Shown piece by piece: positions 15,538-22,261 of a stretch of DNA of 32,000 bases. The DNA is from Thermococcus kodakarensis KOD1 (lineage in GTDB: Archaea; Methanobacteriota_B; Thermococci; Thermococcales; Thermococcaceae): positions 1,350,001 to 1,382,000 of the forward strand of contig NC_006624.1 in the NCBI RefSeq assembly GCF_000009965.1. Reading direction: 5' to 3'. The notes beneath the pieces were generated by a model, which was not told the origin of the DNA, did no database searches, and saw nothing but the letters and a program-made list of their open reading frames with translations. Both the position numbers and the translations under genes were made by a program. The stretch's first letter is position 1, and every line of letters starts with the position of its first letter.

Positions 15538-16095
15538 ATGGAGGACGTTTCAGGTGTCTCGAATACAAAAGCAACCAAGGCCAAGAAAGTCCACATAATC
15601 CACAGCAAGAGGCGCCTTCTGATGCTCCAGAGAAAGGAGGAGCTGAGCCACAACATCCGCTACATCTCAAAGGTCCCGGTGAGCCTCGTGATGGATACGG
15701 AGTTCCTGACGCTTCACCCAAGTGACTCATTATCCAAGCTCGTTCAGGAGTTGAGGGGAGAGGAGAGCTCCGCGGTTGTCATCGACGGGGAAGGTAAGCT
15801 TCTGGGCTTCGTAACCATGAAGGATCTGCTCAACTTCTTTGCACCGCCGAAAAGGTACTCCATAGTGGGCTTAGACCTGCTGAAGAGGTACTCCATCAAC
15901 AGAGCTTCCCGCGTTGAGGACATAATGGTTAAGAAGCCGATAACGATTCACGTTGACGAAAACCTGGGAAGGGCCATTCAAATCATGCTCGAAACCGGAA
16001 AACACCACCTTCCCGTCGTTGACGATGAAAACCGCGTCCACGGCGTCCTTGAGGTTAAGGACATCATCCGGCTCATCCGCATAGTTTCGTACTGA
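15538..16095 (+). CDS. CBS-domain pair protein with basic N-terminal extension
   Basis: ATG 15538 (track start is GTG 15529), with TATA-like CATTTAAAC at 15495-15503. Two CBS repeats (VMDTEFLTLHP...VVIDGEGKLLGFVTMKDLL; IMVKKPITIHV...LPVVDDENRVHGVLEVKDII). Confidence 0.85.
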   Translation: MEDVSGVSNTKATKAKKVHIIHSKRRLLMLQRKEELSHNIRYISKVPVSLVMDTEFLTLHPSDSLSKLVQELRGEESSAVVIDGEGKLLGFVTMKDLLNFFAPPKRYSIVGLDLLKRYSINRASRVEDIMVKKPITIHVDENLGRAIQIMLETGKHHLPVVDDENRVHGVLEVKDIIRLIRIVSY

Positions 16096-16108
16096 GGTTT
16101 GGCAACCA

Positions 16109-16131
16109 CTGCAGGGTTGAATAAACTGCAG
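16109..16131 (+). promoter_or_regulatory. Intercistronic hairpin/direct repeat between the CBS gene and the first antiporter gene
   Basis: ACTGCAGGG occurs twice (CTGCAG at 16109-16114 and 16126-16131). CTGCAG is self-complementary, so the two copies can form a 6-bp stem with an 11-nt loop ending 3 nt before ATG 16135. Confidence 0.25.
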
Positions 16132-16134
16132 GGG

Positions 16135-17286
16135 ATGACAATCATGGACGTGTTCCTGGAACTGGCGCTGATACTGGTAGTTGCAAAGCTGTTCGGATAC
16201 CTCACTGTTCGCCTCGGCTTTCCAGCCGCTCTCGGCCAGCTCATTGGGGGGATTCTCATAGGGCCTTCTATACTCGGAATAGTCTCCTACGACGAGGCCG
16301 TCAGGCTCATTGGGGAACTCGGTGTCGTTATGCTCCTCTTTTTGGCCGGTCTTGAAACGGACATCGAGGAGTTCAAGCACGTCGGGATTCCTGCCTTTAT
16401 AGTTGCGGCGATGGGCGTTCTCGTCCCCTTTCTCCTCGGCTATTTTGGCGCCCTCGCCTGGGGGTATTCGCACGTCCAGGCCCTCTTCCTCGGGGGTATT
16501 CTCACGGCGACGAGCGTCGGCCTGACTACCAGCATTCTGATGGAGATGAAGAAGCTAAGGACAAGGGTCGGGACAACGATTTTAGCTGCCGCCGTAGTTG
16601 ATGACGTCCTCGGCATCATCGCCCTGACGATCCTCGTGGGGATAAACACGCGTGGAAGCGTCTACGCCAAGGACCTCCTCATAATCATTGGAGAGGTAGC
16701 ACTATTCTTCCTCATTGGCCTTCTCGTGGGGACTCCCGCGGTTAAAGAGGCCCTGAAGGCGTCGGAAAAGATAACCCTGCCCGAGACGGTAACGGCCATG
16801 GCAATAGCAATCATGCTAATCTTCGCCTACCTTGCCGAACAGTTCCAGATAGCCGGAATAACCGGTGCTTACTTAGCTGGAATACTAGTGGCAACGACCG
16901 AGGAAGCCAGGAAAGTGGCCGACAAGACGGTGACGATAGGGTACTCCCTCTTCATTCCTGTCTTCCTTGTGAGCATCGGAATAGAGAGCGACGTCAGGAT
17001 TCTAACCACGGCTGGAACCTTCGCCCTCGTCTATGCCCTGCTCGCCGTAGTTAGCAAAGTGGTTGGCTGTGGACTCGGCGCACTCTTTGCCAAGTTCAAA
17101 CCCATTGAAGCGATCCAAGTCGGTGTCGGCATGGTTCCGAGGATGGAAGTTGCCCTCATCATGGCCAACGTCGCCCTTAGAGAAGGCGTCTTTGACAGGG
17201 GTGTTTTCGCGATTCCGGTCACAATGGTGGTGATAACGACGATTGTAACCCCGTTCCTCCTGAAGTGGGCGTTCTCAAGGGAGTAG
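16135..17286 (+). CDS. CPA2-family monovalent cation:proton antiporter (NapA/Kef-like), copy 1
   Basis: Track ORF starts at TTG 16099. First ATG is 16135 (MTIMDVFLELALILVVAKLFG...). Polytopic, with the twin-aspartate motif LAAAVVDDVLGI. Confidence 0.88.
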   Translation: MTIMDVFLELALILVVAKLFGYLTVRLGFPAALGQLIGGILIGPSILGIVSYDEAVRLIGELGVVMLLFLAGLETDIEEFKHVGIPAFIVAAMGVLVPFLLGYFGALAWGYSHVQALFLGGILTATSVGLTTSILMEMKKLRTRVGTTILAAAVVDDVLGIIALTILVGINTRGSVYAKDLLIIIGEVALFFLIGLLVGTPAVKEALKASEKITLPETVTAMAIAIMLIFAYLAEQFQIAGITGAYLAGILVATTEEARKVADKTVTIGYSLFIPVFLVSIGIESDVRILTTAGTFALVYALLAVVSKVVGCGLGALFAKFKPIEAIQVGVGMVPRMEVALIMANVALREGVFDRGVFAIPVTMVVITTIVTPFLLKWAFSRE

Positions 17287-17296
17287 AGGCGGTAAC

Positions 17297-18421
17297 ATGG
17301 AGATACTGCTCCTCATAGCCATAATGCTCGCAACGGCAAAGGTGATGGGCTACCTCTTCGAGAGGATCGGCCAGCCCGTCGTTCTGGGCCAGATATTCGG
17401 GGGTCTGTTAATCGGCATCTTCTTCGAAACTAACCCGGTCATCGCCCAATTCTCCAACCTCGGTGTCCTGCTCCTCCTGTTCATGGCCGGCCTCGAGAGC
17501 GAGCTCGAGGAGTTCAAGCGCGTCGGAAAGCAGAGCGTCTTCGTTGCTGGAGTAGGTGTCATAGTTGCATTTCTCTTTGGATTCGGCGTTGCATACTTCT
17601 TTGTGCCGTTCCATGAGGCGGTTCTCTACGGTGCATTGATGACGCCTACGAGTGTGAGCATAACCGTCAAAGTCCTAATGGAGCTGAGGAAGCTGAACAC
17701 GCGCGAGGGGACGACGATTCTCGCTGCTGCCGTCGTTGACGATGTTCTTGGAATCCTCGTGCTCACCGTCGCGATATCAATGATTAAGGGAGGTTCGGTT
17801 AATTATTCTAGCTTGGCAGAGGTGCTCATCTCAGTTTCCCTTCTCCTGTTCTTCTTCCTCTACTTCGGCCCGGAGATTGCAGATAGAGTCTTCCGCTACG
17901 TCTCAAAGATCGACCTCCCCGAGAGCGAGACTGCCTTCGCCCTCGTCTTCCTGATAGTCTTTGCGTACCTCGCCGAGCACCTGAACCTCGCCTCGATCCT
18001 CGGTGCTTACCTCACCGGCCTTGCCCTCGGCCAGATTCCGAAGAAAAAGGCCATCATGGAGCATATGAACGTCCTCGGTTATTCCCTCTTCATCCCGCTC
18101 TTCTTCGTTGAGGTGGGCATGAGGATAGAGTTGTCCTACATCCTCCACGCGGGTCTCTTTGCGGTTCTCTACACCACTGCGGCAATAGTCAGCAAGGTAA
18201 TCGGCTGTGGACTTGGGGCGAGACTTGGCGGCTTCGACTGGGCGGCTTCCCTGAGGATAGGCGTCGGAATGATACCGAGGATGGGTGTCGAGCTGGCTAT
18301 GCTGGCCGTTGCGATGTCGAGCGGCGTAATAAGCGGCGATGCCCTTACTGTGGCAATCCTGATGATCTTCACGACGACGATAATAACGCCTCCACTCCTC
18401 AAGTGGCTCTACTCAAGGTAG
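17297..18421 (+). CDS. CPA2-family monovalent cation:proton antiporter, copy 2 (tandem paralog)
   Basis: 374 aa. Same blocks as copy 1 (LAGLES.LEEFKRVG, TTILAAAVVDDVLGI, IPRM.VEL). SD GAGGCGGT lies upstream of the ATG. Confidence 0.88.
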   Translation: MEILLLIAIMLATAKVMGYLFERIGQPVVLGQIFGGLLIGIFFETNPVIAQFSNLGVLLLLFMAGLESELEEFKRVGKQSVFVAGVGVIVAFLFGFGVAYFFVPFHEAVLYGALMTPTSVSITVKVLMELRKLNTREGTTILAAAVVDDVLGILVLTVAISMIKGGSVNYSSLAEVLISVSLLLFFFLYFGPEIADRVFRYVSKIDLPESETAFALVFLIVFAYLAEHLNLASILGAYLTGLALGQIPKKKAIMEHMNVLGYSLFIPLFFVEVGMRIELSYILHAGLFAVLYTTAAIVSKVIGCGLGARLGGFDWAASLRIGVGMIPRMGVELAMLAVAMSSGVISGDALTVAILMIFTTTIITPPLLKWLYSR

Positions 18422-18475
18422 CTCAGACAACCGAGTGCTCATCACTGATCAGCCAGTGCCGGTGTCATCATAGCA
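18421..18475 (-). ncRNA. C/D box sRNA (2'-O-methylation guide)
   Basis: Minus strand reads gcu-AUGAUGA-CACCGGCACUGG-CUGA-uca-GUGAUGA-GCACUCGGUUGU-CUGA-gc. C box is at 18465-18471, D' at 18449-18452, C' at 18439-18445 and D at 18423-18426. Both spacers are exactly 12 nt with a 3-nt loop. It sits in the spacer between the antiporter stop and the MarC-like gene promoter. Confidence 0.85.
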
Positions 18476-18491
18476 AGGGAAATTGGCATAG

Positions 18492-18501
18492 CTTTTTAAA
18501 T
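18492..18501 (+). promoter_or_regulatory. TATA-box candidate for the MarC-family gene (leaderless geometry)
   Basis: CTTTTTAAAT centred 26 nt upstream of ATG 18522, with no SD. Confidence 0.45.
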
Positions 18502-18521
18502 CCCTTTTCCAACGCGACGAT

Positions 18522-19133
18522 ATGAGCGAACTGGGGACGATACTGAGTTCAGCTTTACTCATGCTCATCATGATAGACCCGAGCGACAAGATACTCCTAG
18601 TTACGTTCCTCCGCGAAGACTTCCACATAGAGGACATAAAAGCCCTCATAATCAGGGCAAACCTCATCGGGTTCATTCTCCTGGCCAGCTTCGCCGTCGC
18701 CGGCCAGATAATCCTCCAGGAGATATTCCACATTGATATAAACGCCCTCAAGGTTGCGGGCGGTTTCGTCCTCTTCAAGATAGGCCTTGAGGCCCTCGAG
18801 GGCGGTGGCATGTTCACACTCAAGAGGGAAAAGGACATACTGGCTTTGGCGGCCGTTCCGGTGGCAATGCCCCTGATAGCTGGCCCGGCCGCGATAACCG
18901 CCGTAATAACAATGACGGCTGAGTACGGCTACTTCGTCTCCCTCACCGCAACGGCCATAGCAATTCTAATAGTCGCGATCTCAATGTTCATAGCCCTCTA
19001 CATGATGAAATCCGTGAACAAGAGCTTCCTCAGCATAACCATCAGAATAATCGGTCTCTTCATCATGGCAATCGGCGCCCAGATGATGGTGGAAGGGGTC
19101 ATAGGGATATACCTTCTGATGACCGGAGCGTAG
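18522..19133 (+). CDS. MarC/UPF0056-family integral membrane protein
   Basis: 203 aa, ~6 TM helices. N-terminal [12 protein letters not shown] and central [17 protein letters not shown] blocks are typical of the family as I recall it. Confidence 0.8.
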   Translation: MSELGTILSSALLMLIMIDPSDKILLVTFLREDFHIEDIKALIIRANLIGFILLASFAVAGQIILQEIFHIDINALKVAGGFVLFKIGLEALEGGGMFTLKREKDILALAAVPVAMPLIAGPAAITAVITMTAEYGYFVSLTATAIAILIVAISMFIALYMMKSVNKSFLSITIRIIGLFIMAIGAQMMVEGVIGIYLLMTGA

Positions 19134-19196
19134 TTTCTGATTTTCATTCAGCAACCCTTTTAACCTCCAAAACCCTCCTTCTGCCAGGTGTTGAAA

Positions 19197-20507
19197 ATGG
19201 CGAGACTTGATAAAGTCAAGGGGACGAGAGACTTACTCCCCGAGGAAATGGCGAAGAGGAGATGGGTGTTTGAGAGAATAAGGGAAGTTTTCGAGGGCTT
19301 TAACTTCCAGGAAGTTCTAACACCAACGTTTGAATATACCGAGCTGTTCAAGCTGAGGAGTGGAGAGGAAGTCGTCAAACAGCTCTACGCCTTCCAAGAC
19401 AAGGGCGGAAGGGACATCTCTCTAAGGCCGGACATGACATCAAGCGTCGCCCGGCTCTACGTGAACAGGTTCCAGAACGCGCCGAAGCCGATAAAGTGGT
19501 ACTACATAGCGAATATGTTCCGCTATGAGGAACCGCAGAGCGGCCGTTATCGCGAGTTCTGGCAGGCGGGAGTGGAGCTGATAGGAAGTGACAGAGTGGA
19601 GGCCGATGCGGAGGTCATAGCCCTCTTCACCCAGAGCTACCTCGCGGTCGGCCTTGAGGACTTCACAGTGAACATCGGGGACAGAATCCTCCTCGACGAG
19701 TTCGCCAAGATGCTGGGCGTTGAGGACGATATCGGCCTTATGAGGCTCATCGACAAGAAGGACAAGATGAGCAGGGAAGAGTTCGTGGGGGCGCTCAGGG
19801 AGTTCGGGCTGAACGATGATGGCGTTGAGAAAGTCCTCTCGCTGATCGAGATTAAAGGTCTCCCCGATGAAGTCCTTCCAAAGGCTGAAGAGCTCTTCAC
19901 GAGCGAGGAGGCGAAAGCCGAAATAAAGAGGCTCTACGAGCTCGTTGACCTTCTCGATGCCTACGGTGTCTCCAAGTGGGTAAGGATAGACCTCGGCATA
20001 GCCCGCGGTTTCGACTACTACACCAGCGTCGTCTTCGAGGCGATAGCCCCCAACGACCTCGGAATAGGCTCCATCGGTGGCGGCGGCCGCTACGACAACC
20101 TCATCGAGGTTTTTGGCGGGAAGCCAACCCCCGCAACCGGTTTTGCCATTGGCATCGAGAGACTCATCCCGATACTTGAATGGAAAGGCCTCCTCCCTGA
20201 GATCAAGCTCAGGCCGGACGTTTACGTTATTCCAATCGGAGATGATAGAGAGGTGAAGAAGACTGCCATAGAGATAACCCAGGGCCTCAGGGAAGCCACC
20301 GTGAGGGCGGATATTGAGCTTACTGGGAGAAAGCTCAGAAAAGCCCTCGACTACGCCGGAAAGCTCGGAGTCCCCTACGTGGTTTTAGTCGGCAAGAAAG
20401 ACCTCGAAGCTGGAAAAGTGACCCTCAGGGATATGAAATCGGGCGAGCAGAAGAGCATAGAGAAGGAAAGAGCCGTTGAGGAAATCCTCAACATCTTGGG
20501 AGTTTAA
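19197..20507 (+). CDS. hisS: Histidine--tRNA ligase
   Basis: ATG 19197 lies 6 nt after AGGTG (track start is GTG 19188). KGTRDLLP, FRYEEPQSGRYREFWQ (motif 2), GGGRYDNL and GFAIGIERL (motif 3). Confidence 0.95.
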   Translation: MARLDKVKGTRDLLPEEMAKRRWVFERIREVFEGFNFQEVLTPTFEYTELFKLRSGEEVVKQLYAFQDKGGRDISLRPDMTSSVARLYVNRFQNAPKPIKWYYIANMFRYEEPQSGRYREFWQAGVELIGSDRVEADAEVIALFTQSYLAVGLEDFTVNIGDRILLDEFAKMLGVEDDIGLMRLIDKKDKMSREEFVGALREFGLNDDGVEKVLSLIEIKGLPDEVLPKAEELFTSEEAKAEIKRLYELVDLLDAYGVSKWVRIDLGIARGFDYYTSVVFEAIAPNDLGIGSIGGGGRYDNLIEVFGGKPTPATGFAIGIERLIPILEWKGLLPEIKLRPDVYVIPIGDDREVKKTAIEITQGLREATVRADIELTGRKLRKALDYAGKLGVPYVVLVGKKDLEAGKVTLRDMKSGEQKSIEKERAVEEILNILGV

Positions 20508-20566
20508 CATTTCCTAGCTTCTTTTCCCGTTTTACTGTTAATGGATTGTCCTTGTAAAAAACAAAA
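20508..20566. terminator. Convergent oligo-T termination zone between hisS and the PLD-family gene
   Basis: Plus strand has CTTCTTTTCCCGTTTT just after the hisS stop. Minus strand has TTTTGTTTTTT just after the PLD gene stop. Archaeal termination typically uses T-runs. Confidence 0.45.
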
Positions 20567-21517
20567 TCAGGGACCCCTAACACTCCAGAAGTAGTTGATC
20601 ACCTCCTCCGCGAGCTGTTTGGAGATTATCTTAACGCTAACCTCGTGGTTCCAGTGGAGGGCGGATTCACTCCAGTTGTGGCTTCCAAGGAAGACTATCC
20701 TGCCGTCGACAACGACAATCTTGGCGTGGAGGGTCGTTGATGGGGAGTCGTATGAAACGTCGATTCCATTGGACTTAAGGTAGTTATACGCTTCCCTGTT
20801 GGTATCTAGGCTGTTCTCCAGAAGAATGTGGACCTCAACGCCGCGGCGTCTGGCGCGGATCAGTGCGTTTATCAAATCGTTGGCCTCGTCCGACCAGTCG
20901 TCTGGGTCGTAGAGCATCGAGAACATCATTACGTATATTTCCTGCGTTGCGCCATCAATTGCCTCAATCGCCTCCTCGTAGTAATCACGCTCTATGAGGA
21001 GTTCAACACTTCCATCGGTGTAAGTCCTGTTGAGGACGTCATAGGTTTCATTGAGCTTCAGTCGGCACTCTTCCAGCTCCGAAGAAAGCTGGTCAGAGGT
21101 TACCCTACACTCCTTGAGCTCCTCTTGAGCGCTTTCAAGCTCTTTCTGGCAGTTCTCAAGTTTCAAACTGGTCGAGTTGCAGGTTGAGAGATGAGCCAGA
21201 CACCCATTATACTCAGAAGTCAGGACGGCCAACCTGCTCTGGGTAACGTTGAGCGAATACTTCAAAAGGGAGGCGTTGCTGCGGCACTCCCTCAGGCTCG
21301 CGTTCAAAAGCTCTACCTTAGTTTTGAGGTCGGAGAGCTCTTTACTAAGATCGCTTGAGACGTTGCGGACACACTTTTCTTCCGAAACGGTTGCTACCGT
21401 GGTCCTTGATGCGGGTGAATAGTTAGAGGAGTTAGAATGAGTTCCAGGACTAGGGGTGCCCAAGCATCCAGCCGCTACCAAAACCAGCACCATCAAAACT
21501 GAAATTATTCCCCTCAT
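20567..21517 (-). CDS. Secreted/lipid-anchored single-HKD phospholipase D-superfamily protein with cysteine-rich coiled-coil stalk
   Basis: 316 aa. Signal peptide with lipobox-like LVAAGC (Cys18). Residues ~45-165 are heptad-like with 8 Cys and many NxS/T sequons. One HKD motif HAKIVVVDGRIVFLGSHNWSESA (nt ~20675-20728). Confidence 0.85.
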   Translation of the reverse strand: MRGIISVLMVLVLVAAGCLGTPSPGTHSNSSNYSPASRTTVATVSEEKCVRNVSSDLSKELSDLKTKVELLNASLRECRSNASLLKYSLNVTQSRLAVLTSEYNGCLAHLSTCNSTSLKLENCQKELESAQEELKECRVTSDQLSSELEECRLKLNETYDVLNRTYTDGSVELLIERDYYEEAIEAIDGATQEIYVMMFSMLYDPDDWSDEANDLINALIRARRRGVEVHILLENSLDTNREAYNYLKSNGIDVSYDSPSTTLHAKIVVVDGRIVFLGSHNWSESALHWNHEVSVKIISKQLAEEVINYFWSVRGP

Positions 21518-21560
21518 AATGGGTCACTGCGGAAGAACTAGCTTAAAAGTATTTTTGTAG

Positions 21561-21677
21561 TCAGAGCTTCACCTTAAACTCCTTTGCCCTCCTTTTCATC
21601 CTCCAGGCTTCTAACTTTCTCACGAATGGACACCTTGAGCGCCATTTCAGGTAGAGGACTTTAAGTCTGCTCTTCAT
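21561..21677 (-). CDS. Possible 38-aa highly basic small protein (below the track's size cutoff)
   Basis: ATG (complement of 21675-21677) is preceded by GGTGGT with 4-nt spacing. Translation is MKSRLKVLYLKWRSRCPFVRKLEAWRMKRRAKEFKVKL*. Codons are typical of neighbouring genes. No homology recognised. Confidence 0.3.
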   Translation of the reverse strand: MKSRLKVLYLKWRSRCPFVRKLEAWRMKRRAKEFKVKL

Positions 21678-21728
21678 TCCGACCACCAGGTTTTTATTCA
21701 TGGAAAGGTTTAAGCCATTAACGGTTTA

Positions 21729-21785
21729 CGGGATGATGAGTCTGGAGCCCCCTGAGAGGTGAAGAGGTTTCGCGGGGCTGACCGG
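21729..21785 (+). ncRNA. C/D box sRNA (2'-O-methylation guide), immediately 5' of the 92-aa ORF
   Basis: cggg-AUGAUGA(21733-21739)-GUCUGGAGCCCC-CUGA(21752-21755)-gag-GUGAAGA(21759-21765)-GGUUUCGCGGGG-CUGA(21778-21781)-ccgg. Both spacers are 12 nt with a 3-nt loop. C' is slightly degenerate (UGAAGA). TTTTTATT (21691-21698) is a possible TATA. Confidence 0.78.
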
Positions 21786-21786
21786 C

Positions 21787-22065
21787 ATGATAAAAAGAAA
21801 GCTCTGCAGGGAGTACGTTGAGGAGATAGAGAGGCTTGAACGCTCAATAGTAGAGTTAGAAGAGCAGATAAACGAGCTGAAGATGCAGCTCCGCCTTAAA
21901 GTAGAGGAAGCCAACAGCCTCGCGATAGAGAACACGAGCCTCAGGCACAAACTTGACATGATGAAGAAAAGGGAAAAGTACCTCATTGAACTTCTCAAGA
22001 AATTTGGAGTCCCCTTTGTCATCGTTGACGAAGACGAGTTCGAGGACGTGGATATATCAGAATGA
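21787..22065 (+). CDS. Small coiled-coil protein with acidic C-terminus (92 aa), function unknown
   Basis: The heptad-rich sequence EEIERLERSIVELEEQINELKMQLRLKVEEANSLAIENTSLRHKLDMMKKREKYLIELLKK followed by VDEDEFEDVDISE looks protein-like. The ATG lies 5 nt after the sRNA D box. An antisense ORF (21726-22022) is a low-complexity artefact. Confidence 0.55.
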   Translation: MIKRKLCREYVEEIERLERSIVELEEQINELKMQLRLKVEEANSLAIENTSLRHKLDMMKKREKYLIELLKKFGVPFVIVDEDEFEDVDISE

Positions 22066-22261
22066 ACCGATGATACGTTTTGCTCAAAAGCTCTTGAGAC
22101 TATATCAGCTTCGATGATTCTCCAGTAGCAGAGTCAAACGGTTTGTGGTACCAAGATCGGTTTTCATAAACATCAACATCGGACAATATAACCAAGCCAT
22201 ATCCTCAGACAGTAAATTTTTTATGAAAATGTGCTTATCTTATAACTAAGGTGGTTAGTAA

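Noticed and set aside
15871-16473. 200-aa minus-strand ORF spanning the CBS/antiporter junction
   Set aside because: It overlaps two well-supported plus-strand genes in antisense and has no SD or TATA.
18549-18571. Half C/D motif on the minus strand inside the MarC-family gene: ATGATGA-N12-CTGA
   Set aside because: No C'-like box or terminal D box follows within 40 nt. It lies inside a coding region, so it is probably a chance match.
18449-18838. 129-aa minus-strand ORF
   Set aside because: It overlaps the MarC-family gene in antisense, and its 3' part is explained by the C/D box sRNA. The sequence is Ser/Arg/Met-rich noise.
19117-19145. CTGATGA...CTGA after the MarC-family gene as a C/D sRNA
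   Set aside because: The spacer is 14 nt, the first box nucleotide is C, and no C'/D pair follows.
21726-22022. 98-aa minus-strand ORF antisense to the coiled-coil gene
   Set aside because: It is Ser/Leu/Phe-rich and low in complexity, as expected for the complement of Glu/Lys/Leu heptad codons. It also runs through the plus-strand sRNA.
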